A DNA stretch of 64,000 bases, taken from Octopus vulgaris (taxonomy: Eukaryota). The number at the start of each line of letters is the position of its first letter. Position 1 is the first letter of the stretch. The notes under the pieces are model-generated. The model did not search any database. It saw only the letters and a list, made by a program, of their open reading frames with translations, and was not told the origin of the DNA. The position numbers and the translations under genes are program-made. Location of the stretch: NCBI GenBank assembly GCA_951406725.2, contig OX597815.1, forward strand, positions 193,006,001-193,070,000, read 5' to 3'. This document shows positions 1-24,031 of the stretch, piece by piece.

Positions 1-139
1 GGTCGTAGTAGTAGTAACTGTGATGGTGGTGGTTGGGGTTACAGCAGCTCATTGGCTGTAGTAGTAGCAGCAGCAGCTATGGATGGAGTTGTGATGGCAG
101 TTAATTGGCTGTAGTAGTAGCAGCAGTGGAAGACTGTTG

Positions 140-1365
140 TCACTGAATTTGTAAAGTGGGAAAGTTGTGAATTTGGGATTTTTTATTTGAAGCACATCTA
201 TCTATGTGTCCGCTGACAGGTATTTTCCTGTATTCAGGATTCCTAATTTGGGATTTATGAACTGCCATCCTTTTTCGTAGGCTGTTTTTTGTATGGCCTA
301 TAAACTGCCTATTGCACCCTGCACATGTTAACACGTTTATTAAGTTTTCTGATGCACAGGTGCAGTTTGTTCTGATGGTAAACTGATAGCCTTGTTCTAA
401 TGTGAATTCTGAACCTTCTACTAAGATTACACAGATTCCGCAGTTGGGCTTTCCCCATTTTCTAACTGCTGATTTTGTGGTTGTTGTTGAGTGCAGTTTA
501 GCTTGGGTTAAAATCTTTTTTAAAGATTATGGTTGCCGTTTACTTTTAATGATGGTGTGTGTTTGGAGGATTCGGTTCATCTTTGGGTCTCCCTTGAGTA
601 GGGCTGTGCTTTGGAGTATGGTGTCGAAGGCCTCATTGTTAAGTGTGTTGTGTGTAGAGATATAGGGTAGGGTTTTTAATTTTTATTTCTTTTTTGGTTT
701 TGTTTGTCTCAGGTCTTCTATACTTAATTTAAGTGCTCGTTGGATTGCACTGTCTATTAGGGGCTGTGGATAATTCCTATTTATGAGTGTAGTTCTGAGT
801 TCCCGGAGACGTGTGTGTCGGGTGATTGTGTCTGAAATTATGGTGCAAATCCTTCTGGCTAAACAGAAAGGGACATTTATTCTAGCGTGTCTTGGGTGGC
901 ATGAATCAAAGGGTAGGTACTGCTTTGAGTCTGTCGGTTTATAATAGATATCTGTCTCTATTTTGTTGCCGACTTTCTTAATGAGGATGTCTAGAAATGG
1001 CATTTTTTCTTTGTCATGCTCTATCGTGAACTGAATATTTTCATTAAGTCCATTTAATAGTATTTTAAATTCCTCAAGTTTTTCTATACTTTCATCCCAG
1101 AGGATGAAGCAGTCGTCGAGTTATCTTTTCCAGTTGTTTTGGATATAGGTGGAGAAAGTGTTTCCATATTTCTCGAGTGCTTTCTGGTAGAGTATTATTT
1201 GGAGGTATACCGTCACTAGGTTGGCAAAAGAAGACGCAGTTGGCGTAACCATCGCTGTTTCCGATATTTGTCTGTAGCAATTATTATTAAAAATAAAGTA
1301 ATTGTTTTCTAAAATAAATCTAAGTCCTTCTATTATGAGTTCATTATTTATAATTCGTCGGATTA
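140..1365 (-). mobile_element. Penelope-like retroelement remnant (RT C-terminus plus GIY-YIG endonuclease), frameshifted
   Basis: LPFLDILIKK...TDIYYKPTDSKQYLPFDSCHP and LTCAGCNRQFIGHTKNSLRKRMAVHKSQI motifs. Confidence 0.85.
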
Positions 1366-1379
1366 CTACGTGTAAGGTA

Positions 1380-1545
1380 GGGTTGAGAAAGGCATCTATC
1401 GCTCTGCCTCCAACACCAAGGCCGAGCTGGTGGCCAAATTGATGGCAGAGTTCTAAAACCCTTAGTCACAATGAGGAGAACGTGCATCAGGTCCTGGAGG
1501 CGTGTTCAGACGGTGATGGAAGTTGACGGTGGCTACATTGAGTAA
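1380..1545 (+). mobile_element. Tc1/mariner (maT-like) transposase 3' fragment
   Basis: NTKAELVAKL ... CIRSWRRVQTVMEVDGGYIE* resembles the Tc1/mariner C-terminus. Confidence 0.55.
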
Positions 1546-2309
1546 ACTGTTATACTCCAAACATACTCAAGTTGATATTTTTTGAAATATATTTGAAATG
1601 CTTTAACTGAGGAACGTTTACGTATTGGATGCATTTCTTATGAAATATTACGGAAGAGTGAAACGTACATGCTAAATATCACTTTTTGGTGTCACTTCAT
1701 TATTACAAGTAATACATCTCGATGCCAAGTGCAAACTAAAAGGATACACTAACAAAAATTTGGAGTAGCTTGTCATATTTGACTAGAATTGTAAATTTCT
1801 GTACCATGCAGCGCTTCTTACGGTAACGCGGAATTTATGTGTGTGTATATATATACATATATGTATGTATGTGTATGTTGTACATATTTGTCTATGTATG
1901 TGTACAGACATACATATACACATACATAGACATATAGACATACACACACACACTTATATATATTAGAAGAAATGAGGTACTGTGAAACCTGGATGGTTTT
2001 ATATTTACAGATATTTATTTTTATAAATCATATATCATATATTAGAGCTTTCGTCCACTCTAGTGGAGTTGTCAAATTGAACTTTTGCAGGAATTCTGTC
2101 TCTTTTTATAGTATTATTGATTGTGTAGAGGTGGGGAGAGATATAAGATAGTACAAGAGGGTGAGCAATGGGGAGAAAGAAGAATTGTAAAAGTCTGTAA
2201 AACTTTCCAGAACATTATCATTTAAATATATATGAACTTGTCTAGATATCTAACTATATGTATGACAATACCTGCATAAGACAAAACATAAAAATCTGCA
2301 CATACACAT

Positions 2310-2324
2310 ACGAACATACATGCA

Positions 2325-2360
<36 letters not shown>

Positions 2361-2715
2361 CATACATACATACATACATACATACATGCATACATACATA
2401 CATGCATGCATGCATACATAGACACATACATACATACATACTTACATACATAAATACATACATACATACATACATGCATGCATACATACATACATACATA
2501 CATACATACATACATGCATGCATGCATGCATACATACATACATGCATGCATGCATGCATACATACATATATACATACATACATAGATGCATGCATACATA
2601 CATACATACATACATACATGCATACATACATACATACATACATACATGCATGCATACATACATACATACATACATGCATACATACATACATACATACATA
2701 CATACATACATACAA
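2310..2715. repeat. (TACA/TGCA)n microsatellite
   Basis: Direct reading; source of the MYVC/HTYI pseudo-ORFs. Confidence 0.95.
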
Positions 2716-3257
2716 GCAAAAATACCTTGTTGTTAATGTTGAAATTCCAAGGAAGGAGTCTTAAATCTAGGTTAGAAACCGGCTTTTTCTCTATTGACAA
2801 TAAATCTTGAAATAAAACTGAACAATGACATACACACATGCATACACACGAAATATACGATGAGAAAGAAAGAGAAACAACAGAAAAAACCTCGTGTTTC
2901 CCATAACCCATCGATCCATCGATCCATCGATCCATCGATCCATCGATCCATCCATCCATCCATTCATCCCAAACTCACGAAAGACGTCTCCTTCGGGATA
3001 ATTTATTACAGTCAGTGTGTGACCACAAAATACCTACAGAACGCCTGAATTTTCAAATCTTGGCCTGGTGCCTTAATACTAAATATACCCAATCGTTTGT
3101 CTTATACAATATAATATTAATAAATTAGAAAATTTATGAAATACACGACTTTTACTAGTCATATGCATTATCTTTTGAACGAAAATTTGAATATTTATGG
3201 GTAAAATATACGGATATGAATAGAATTTCTTGCAAGGAATGTTCATATTTTACTTAC

Positions 3258-15543
<12,286 letters not shown>

Positions 15544-15959
15544 TTCGGGATGAGTAGATGCAGAGACAGTGTTCACACCACTTGCCTTATGCATTGCAAT
15601 ATATATGTATATATGTTGACGTCAACAGCAATTGTAGCAGTAAATTGATAGCAGTGAGAAATCAAGTTTTTTCAGAGTGGGTTGTTTATGCATGAATAAT
15701 GCATATACCACTGCTGTATGTTCGACATATAAGATTCTTTTATCTTTCTGTACTGAAAATTAAACTCACTTTTAGACCCATAGGAAATTATTGTAACTAT
15801 GATCTCACTTTTATTATGGACCTATCAAGCAAGGAAGAGATGTGCACATTACATTTTACGTAACCTAAACTGGCTTGAAAAATCGACGCATTCTCAGTTT
15901 TAACCGATTTCAATAGTTCTGTAACTATGCATTTAGTTCACCTTTTAAAAAACTCCAGG

Positions 15960-16512
15960 TATGTTTTTTTATGAGCGCACTCCTGGTGAGACCCATATTG
16001 GAGTATGGGATTCAAGCCTCTTCTCCTTATCTCCTCAAAGACATACAGCATCTCGAAAGAGTCCAGAGGCTGGCTACCCGCATGGTTCATGGTCTCAAAA
16101 ATTTGTCCTACGAAGAAAGGCTGAGGACGCTCGACCTTTATTCTCTTGAAAAACGCCGCCGCCGTGGTGATCTCATTCTCGCCCACAACATCATAAGCGG
16201 GAAGTGTAACCTCTCGAAAGAGCTGTTCTTCACTCCTGCTCCGGAGCGTCGGCTGCGGGGTCATTCCGAAAAGCTCTACCTGCGACGATTTGATCTCAAT
16301 CGAAGGAGAGGAGCTTTCTCCGTCCGGGTTGCGGATCCGTGGAACAAGCTGCCAGACGAGATGGTGAAGATGCCGACGACCGCTTTGTTCAAAGCCTCCC
16401 TGGACCTCAAGTGGCCTGAACTCTTTAGATGAACACCACCCTGTACTTAACTCCATGTCCCCCTACATGGCCTTGCTATTTACTTTTGAGCCAAATTAAC
16501 TAACTAACTAAC
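15960..16512 (+). mobile_element. CR1/L2-group LINE, 5'-truncated 3' end with (TAAC)n tail
   Basis: Uninterrupted ORF VRPILEY...LERVQRLATRMV...LSYEERL...LYSLEKRRRRGDLI...RGH...FSVRVADPWNKLP. Confidence 0.92.
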
Positions 16513-16539
16513 ATATTAATGGACTTAAAAGCTATATAT

Positions 16540-16565
16540 CTATATATAAAACAGAAACTGTGTGT

Positions 16566-16618
<53 letters not shown>

Positions 16619-17740
16619 TGCGTGTGTCTCGAGTTCCGCCTAACCGATTCGATTGAAATTTCAGATATGCATTTGGAATGTTCCGTGGTATGTTTTAGTC
16701 ATAACAACTGTTTCCATCAATGTTCGGTTTTCGCAAATACTCAATCGATAATTATCGATTTTTTCAAAAAGTCCGATTTTTGATCAAACTTAACATTCCT
16801 ATGCATTATTACCCAACGTTTTTCGTTTCGTTATTATTTTTTCAAATTCTATTTCGTTTGAGCACAATACGGGAAAACCCGACTCAAAAAATGCCTCTAA
16901 GGCAGGCCATAGCGCCAGAACTATTGAGCCGATTTAAACCAAACTTGGTAAATGAATGCATTTTCACCCAACGCGTCTTATGCCGTGGTTCATTTCATTA
17001 AATTGCGCTTTGTTTGAGCACAATTCGACAAACTCACATTCGAACAAATTGCCTTTGTTGAGGTAGCTCCTGATTGTTTTTCTCAGAACACTGACTCCAT
17101 TCCTTCCCTTATGCATAACCAATTAATCTCCATCAGGGTGCGCACACACATTGTGACCCCACGTGACCTCAAAATAGCCACTGCCAATAGCAGTAAACAT
17201 CCGGCACTGAGGCTTTCCATTGCAATAAATGAAAGCAATTTCTATGAGTAGTATGAGATAGTTAAAGCAATAACAGCCTCTGCACTACACAAGCTACTGG
17301 TAAGCACTTACTACTTCCTTCATCCATTTCACTAGCAGTAGTAACCGGAGTTGCACGGGTCTTAATAAATTACCATGAAACTGCGGAAACATGAGGCCTT
17401 ACACTTGAGAAAAGACGGTTTGGGGTGTGACATTGTTAAAGCAATAATCTTGATAACCTCTTGAATAAAATCAATACCCAAGCTGTCTTTCAAAAAGTTA
17501 TATTTTTGAGCTGTTTACGGTTTCCGTGTACAAGTGCTATCGGGTGAAGCCGGTTCAAACCGCTGAACCACCAGACTGATTCGATTGAAATTTCAGATAT
17601 GCATTAGGTATGTTCCGAGGCATTTTTTTTGTCATAACAACTGCTTTGATTAATGTTCGGTTTCCGCAAAAACTCGATCGATAATTATCGATTGTTTTCA
17701 AAAAGTCGTTCGATTTCAACCAAACTCGGTAGACATTTGC
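16540..17740 (+). mobile_element. Non-autonomous Helitron-like element with internal direct repeat
   Basis: TCTATATATAAAA start followed by (TG)n; 16635-16790 repeats at 17577-17727; CTAG plus hairpin at about 17330-17360. Confidence 0.55.
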
Positions 17741-18099
17741 AGTTTGACCCAAAGAGTTTAGTGGCGTCACGGTACTCAGCGGATGACCGGAAGACTGAAA
17801 CTGAACTACTGAAGCACAATGAAGCTGCGTAGCACTTAATCAGTGTATTTATTGATCCAGCATTTGATGTGACTCCAGATTATTCAGATTTATTTATGCC
17901 AGGAATCCACTATAACAGTTATTTCTTTACTCATACGCATATCGCCTGCTCGCGCACACAATGCCGGACATTTGACTTTGTTATGCTCACCATTTCTTAT
18001 TCTCATATTTTGTCAGTACTTACCTGAAAACTCTCTTTGTTTTTGTGACCTTGCCATTGTCACTCTGTTATTGTAAACTTGCTATTATGACCTCATACT

Positions 18100-18730
18100 G
18101 TTTGCTTGAAAAGTCGTCACTCTCCTACATAAACTCACGTCCCTGCTGACGTGGTCTTACAATCATTCGTGTCCTCTTGAAACAGCCGTCAAACCATCAT
18201 CTGAAGCCCTAAACGCCCTGCTCTATTTTGCAATCGACGTAAGTTCCAATTCCCTCCAGCCCCGGAAATCGTCCATTTTTACAGTTTGTCGTCCCTCATT
18301 TGTGCTCCGACACCTCACACCCCACTACCTGCTGCCGTTTGTAACCATGTCTTTTTACCCCGTCACATCGAGACCTAAATTTAACCCATTCCGTACAACA
18401 TTCACACAATAGCCTACGTCCATTTTCCGCACTGACGCATGTTCTGCAATCGTGCTTCAAATCGCTATCAGACGCCCATCAGACGTCAGACATCCCGAAT
18501 TACCTCCACGCATTGTCTGTCTCCTACCACAACCACCCCGCATGGGAACCATCTGTTCTTCTGCCTCAGCTCAAGGCAACCCTTCTCCATATTGTTCGGA
18601 CACTCGGTAAGTACTTGACCATTACTCGCAAAGTAGCAACTAGGTGCCATTCCTTACTAACAATTCCAACAGTACCGTTTACCCCTTCTCGCTTTTATCC
18701 TCTTACAATGGGGTACTGTAGCATCATTGG
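18100..18730 (+). mobile_element. Highly decayed Gypsy-like LTR internal fragment
   Basis: SYHNHPAWEPSVLLPQLKATL resembles the integrase YHPQ.NG..ER..RQLK.L motif; ggggtac-tgtagc could be a PPT/LTR junction. Confidence 0.3.
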
Positions 18731-19399
18731 TCTATTCTCGCGTTTTCGCGAGCGATGACTGCATCTTACTTAGAAACCCCTTTTCTTTTCACTTACACCA
18801 GTCGCGATCCTGCTCCAACGTTTTCACTGCAAGCTCTCTTCTCAAAGCTATCCTTTCCTCCATTAATCCAGCTGCAGTTGGTAAGTCACAAAATTGTTAT
18901 TACATCTACTGTTGCTCCTGGCCATTTCACCTCACGCCGTTGGAACACATTCATAAAGTACCACCTCTCATTGACAAAAAATAGGTAGAGGGACTTTCGA
19001 CAAACGCCTTTACCTCGCGATTCGATAAGCAACATTATCTCAGGCTTCAGGTTACAGCTGCTAGACATTATCTGTTGACAATTCGCATTCATGTATTTAT
19101 TCCAGCGTAGAACAAACTACGATTGATATCCGCTTACCAATGTGGATAGTGGAAAACATGTTAATCGCACCTTTGAGAAGTGATTTGATCCATTGCCAGC
19201 TCCCATTGCAACACAGCTTACTGTACTGCTACTAAATCACCTTATGGATATCTCTCCATTAAGACGTGCTTATGGTCTCGTACCCGCGTACCTATTTCAT
19301 AAAAACTTACATATCCTGTCAGCCGTTTGCTATTATTCTTCTGACTGGGGCTAAGTGTTCTTCAACCTCCTGTTTTAGGTCACGCCACGACGGAAGAGG

Positions 19400-20668
19400 T
19401 TCACCATTGGCCGAAATACTACTAAAGCAAAAGAATCAAGACGAAATCGAGCTTTAGAATTGTCGTTGGAGACTACAATCCGTCGGTCACAAGCTGCTGA
19501 ACGTGCGGCCACAAGAAGAGCTCTCGAAACAGACGACCAGCGACATGCTCGCATGACCACTATTGCCCTCTTATCTGCGACTGCACGCGCTGCAGAAACC
19601 GAAGACCAACGTAGAACTCGCCGTGCCGCGAATGCTTCTTCAATGGCAGCTGCTCGTGCTTCACAGACAGAGGACCAGCGAAGGAGACGCCGATCTGCTA
19701 ACGCCGCGTCTACAGCTGCTGCAAGAGCTTCAGAAACAAGTCCCCAGCGGAAACGTCGCCGAGCCTCTAATGCCGCGTGCTCTTCAGCCGCACGTACCGA
19801 GGAGAATGAAGACCAGCGCTACAGACGTCGGACAACGGATGCTGCAAACACTGCTGCTGCTCGATCTTCCGAAACGTTACGAGACCGTGATAATTGCCTT
19901 CAGAGTGATGCAAGACAGCGAGCCCTTAAGAAGGGTGTTTCTAAACCGTTGGCCACACAATGGGCCTTAAAAGCATTCCAGTACAATTCCGTCTTTGATT
20001 ATGCTGGCCACTTAGACATGTCGCTTGGAAGTATCTCAAAGACGTGTTCATTTCACTTTGCCAAAAAGTGGTCGGGGAAGCCAACCGGTTTGTGCTGCTC
20101 TGGTGGAAAGGTCCGATTGCTTCAACTCCCGGACCCACCAGAGACGCTAAAGCGTCTCTTCACAGGTAATACGGTTGAATCGAAGCACCTTCTTAGTTGC
20201 ATCCCCGGAAATACAATTGCGCCTTTCAGGCGACATCTTTCGGAGCAAATGTTGTGCGAGAAGGGGGATTCATGCCCACGTTTAAGGTTTAAGGCCAGGT
20301 ATACCATAGAACTGGACCGCTTGAACCTGCCGCCAACCAAGACACACAATTTCTCCAGCATTACGTCGTTGGTAATCCCAACGAACAAGCAGCAATGCGA
20401 CGCTCAATTTCACCTGGCACAGACCTCCACATCATCCGAAACCTGAAAGATATGATTCACACCCTCAACAGCTACGTTATAAGCTTCAGGTATGCATTGG
20501 AGGCAGTTCCTTCATCAAATTTCAATGTTGTCATAGATGCCCCAAAACGTCCGTTGGGCGAACACTCTGGAAGCTTCAACTTACCTACATGCAACGAAGT
20601 AGCTGTCCTTCTTCACGGTAATCAGTATAACCACTGAGACATTGTCCTTAAACGCAGAGACAACACCC
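19400..20668 (+). mobile_element. Helitron RepHel N-terminal portion
   Basis: Arg/Ala-rich repeats (ETEDQRR.RRAANA..AAARAS), CC..GKVRL..L..PP zinc region; 20005-20668 is near-identical to 9095-9760. Confidence 0.9.
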
Positions 20669-21472
20669 TTAACCGCTCGAATTTTTTTTCACTGCCGTCA
20701 AAGTGGAAATTTTCGTGACGAATTAATTTTTTTTGTTCATGAATGACTGGGATTACCCGTTTCTCGAATGACTGACGCTTAGACAACAACATTGTATTCA
20801 ACAGATACAATTGTTATTATCATTACGTTCTGGAAATTACGCTCTGCTTTAGACTCATATGAAATTATTGAAAGTATGGTTTCTCTTTTATTATGGACTT
20901 ATCAGGCGAGGAATAAATGTCTGCATTGCATTGCACATGACCTAAATTGGCTAGAAAAATCTACGCAGTTGATTCTCTGTTGTAGCATATTTCAAAAGAG
21001 CTGTAACTGTATATTTAATCACCTTTTTAGGAAATTTCAGTTAAGTTTGCAAGAAAGCACATCGTACTGAGTTAAAAAACAAAACGACATATATCATGAA
21101 GTTTGAATTCATCAATTTGGAGTTGTCTACACTGTAATAGAACTATGGTGTTGGGCTCTCGAAATGGCCATAGATATATGTGAATGTTGAATTTGAACGG
21201 TGATATCTGTTTATTGTGAACTTTGAACGTATTTGTGTAAGAGGAGTAAAAGACGTTTTCTAAAGTGCACGTGAATTTAACCTGTGGAAGTGTGCTTACT
21301 TATAAACTGGCTGAAGTTAGCTGAACAATGCACGCATTACATCAATTTAAATATAGTGTCATCTTGTACCTGAAGATGGCACTATTTTTAAGTTGATGTA
21401 ATGCTTGCATTGTTCAATTAAATGGAGCCGCTTGAAACGGTCGTATTGCACTAATACATGACATCGTGTAAA

Positions 21473-21519
<47 letters not shown>

Positions 21520-22044
21520 TTTTAACATATATATGAAAGGCATGGATGAAAATGCTACTTTCTTAAAATTTGTACATTTTAATTTTTCTTTTGCATGTTT
21601 CGGTTTTTGAAAAACCTTATCAAAAATACGTACCAAAATGGAATATGTAAAGAGAAAAGAGCCATTGATAAAATTCGATTAAAATTTAAATTAAGATTAA
21701 CATTCATAGTTTACTTTCCTTTTTCCTGCAGGCGCACGTGGATAATATCTTTTGGTTCTGGTAGCATGACAATTTCAACTGACTGCGACTGCGAAATTTC
21801 AGTTGAGTTTGCATGAAACCACATCGTACTCAGTTAAGAAACAAAAGAACATATATTATGAAATTCGAACTCATCAATTTGTAGTTATCTACACTGATCT
21901 TCTGCTAACTTTAACAACACGATTAATGCAAGGGCGAAAAGTTTGCCGAAAGGATTCATCTTGTGATAATTCCCGTTTCGATCTTGTTCCACTCGGGTGT
22001 CATGGAAGCAATCACATTAATAGATATACAGGATATATATATTT

Positions 22045-22270
22045 CTTTACTTCCCAGGAGCTAAACATAAAGGGGACGAACAAGAACAGACAAAGGGATT
22101 AAGTCGATTACATCGACCCCAGTGCGAAACTGGTACTTTATTTATCGACTCCGAAAGGATGAAAGGCAAAGTCGACCTCGGCGGAATTTGAACTCAGAAT
22201 GTAACGACAGACGAAATACTGCTAAGCGTTTCGCCCGGCACGCTAACGTTTCTGCCAGCTCGCCGCCTTA
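22045..22270 (-). mobile_element. tRNA-derived SINE family 2 (other copies about 24095-24270, 55410-55620, 55680-55890, 61120-61220)
   Basis: Head aaggcggcgagctggcag..., B-box-like gagttcaaattc, body gcctttcatcctttcgg.gtcgataaa. Confidence 0.8.
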
Positions 22271-22329
22271 ACATACAGGATATATAAGTATACCAAGTTG
22301 TAACGAAACTTCATCTGTTTTACAAGGCA

Positions 22330-22460
22330 TAGTAAAACAAAAAGAAGAAATATCTAATTTATTTAATGGTTGATATAGCGACAACTCTCTATAATCGCTT
22401 TCCATATAGCAATGAGCTTTTTAATTCCGCATTCATAAAAGTTGTTACATTTTGAAGTGA
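22330..22460 (-). mobile_element. mariner transposase 3' fragment
   Basis: FYECGIKKLIAIWKAIIESCRYINH* resembles the mariner C-terminus FY..GI.KL..RW. Confidence 0.55.
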
Positions 22461-22664
22461 AACACACACGCGCGCATACATATACACACACACGCGCGCA
22501 TACACACACATATACATACATATAATTTTGTATACAAATATGCATATATAATAAAGAAAGGGTAAAATTAATTAATTAATCAATTAATCAATCAATAATT
22601 TTACGAAAAATGTTATATGCATATATATATATATATATATATATATAATTCTCTCATACCCTCG

Positions 22665-22698
<34 letters not shown>

Positions 22699-22864
22699 CC
22701 ACTACACATTCTTTATTTTCTCTCCTTGTTTCTGTGTTCCTTTCTGTGGAAGAGCGTAGGATCGAAACGTTAAAGACTTTTTCAGTTCCCGAGCGTTATA
22801 CTAATACATCTATTTTTGTCTACATCACCTGTCTATGTCTTTTGTTCTTTTTGTAAATTATCCG

Positions 22865-22895
<31 letters not shown>

Positions 22896-22932
22896 CGTTG
22901 TTGTGTTTTCTTCAGTTTTCTTGTTTGGATTA

Positions 22933-22979
<47 letters not shown>

Positions 22980-23893
22980 CGAGTGTATGAGAGATATTGG
23001 TATCTAGAAACCCAAAGAGTAACGGTAAGTGTGTGTTAGGGAGAGAGAGAGTGTGTGTTTGACAGCGTCTAACAAAAAACGTAAAGAAAAAGTATGTGTA
23101 AGGGAGATGGTTTCACTGCGTCTAACAAAAAAAGGTAAAGACAAAGTGAGAGAGAGACAGAGAGAGTAAATAAATGACAGCTTTCAACAAAATATATGTT
23201 TTGCTTTTTCTTAAACATGAGATATAGTCTTCAAATTTAGGATGTTTTTGAAAGATACTATATTTCATAATCAGATTATATATACTTTCTCACACAACAA
23301 TTAAAATATATTTTATATCATTTATTTATTTTAAATCGTTCATGTTTCTCCCTCCTCTCTCACACACACATTACATTGGGCGTGAAAGAGTTTTGTTTAT
23401 ATTTTACGCCGAAGATAAAGTGATTTGTTGAGAATACATTTATTTAACTACAAAGAAACAAAGAGGCAGGTAACAATTTGTCAGTGTATTACACAATATA
23501 AATGGGTACAATCTGCGAGCCATCCCCCATACCACAAAAAGGGTTTTGTGGCATATTAGGAAGCCAGAGTAGTTGATTCTATGCAAAAATCCGATTTTTT
23601 TCTTGCTGAAATCGTGTGAGTGTTAATCTACAAATTTACCAACATCTTTTCCATTCGTTTCTGTTTATGAATATGTATGCGTAGAAAAAACATATGCAAT
23701 AGGTGTACGTACGTGTGTGTATGTGTGTGTGTGTTGCCCATATATATTTATATTATTTATATTATATTATATTATATTATATAAATATATTATATTATAT
23801 TATATTATATTATATTATATAAACCAATTTCAACGGATTTCGCCCAAATGTAAATTGAGTAATGCTTACAATTATTAATCATTCGTTAACTTT

Positions 23894-24031
23894 TTATTTA
23901 GTACTTGCTACTATTATCACAATAAGGTAAATAATAGCACCAAAGAAAATTGATAATCCAATGAATTTTCCTGCTTTACTGTTAGCCTTCAGCGCGTCGT
24001 CTCTCTCTCCAGATTCGGCCATTGCATTTGC
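23894..24031 (-). CDS. Paralog B coding exon 4 (CD225 loop plus C-terminal TM helix)
   Basis: ttatcttctag acceptor, 45 codons then TAA; homologous to 56433-56600. Confidence 0.88.
   Translation of the reverse strand, partial: ANAMAESGERDDALKANSKAGKFIGLSIFFGAIIYLIVIIVASTK

Noticed and set aside
2222-2959. Long ORFs such as MYVC..., YIYI..., HTHT..., poly-I/M/H/N (also 12161-15260, 29429-30114, 44382, 49486, 59552-60949, 63542)
   Set aside because: They are translations of stop-free microsatellites, not genes.
1-3257. Search for paralog A exon 4 here, and for paralog C exons 1-2 in 57633-64000
   Set aside because: No match to the ctag|GCAAAT exon 4 or the Pro-rich exon 2 was found. They probably lie outside the window, so absence is not evidence of loss.
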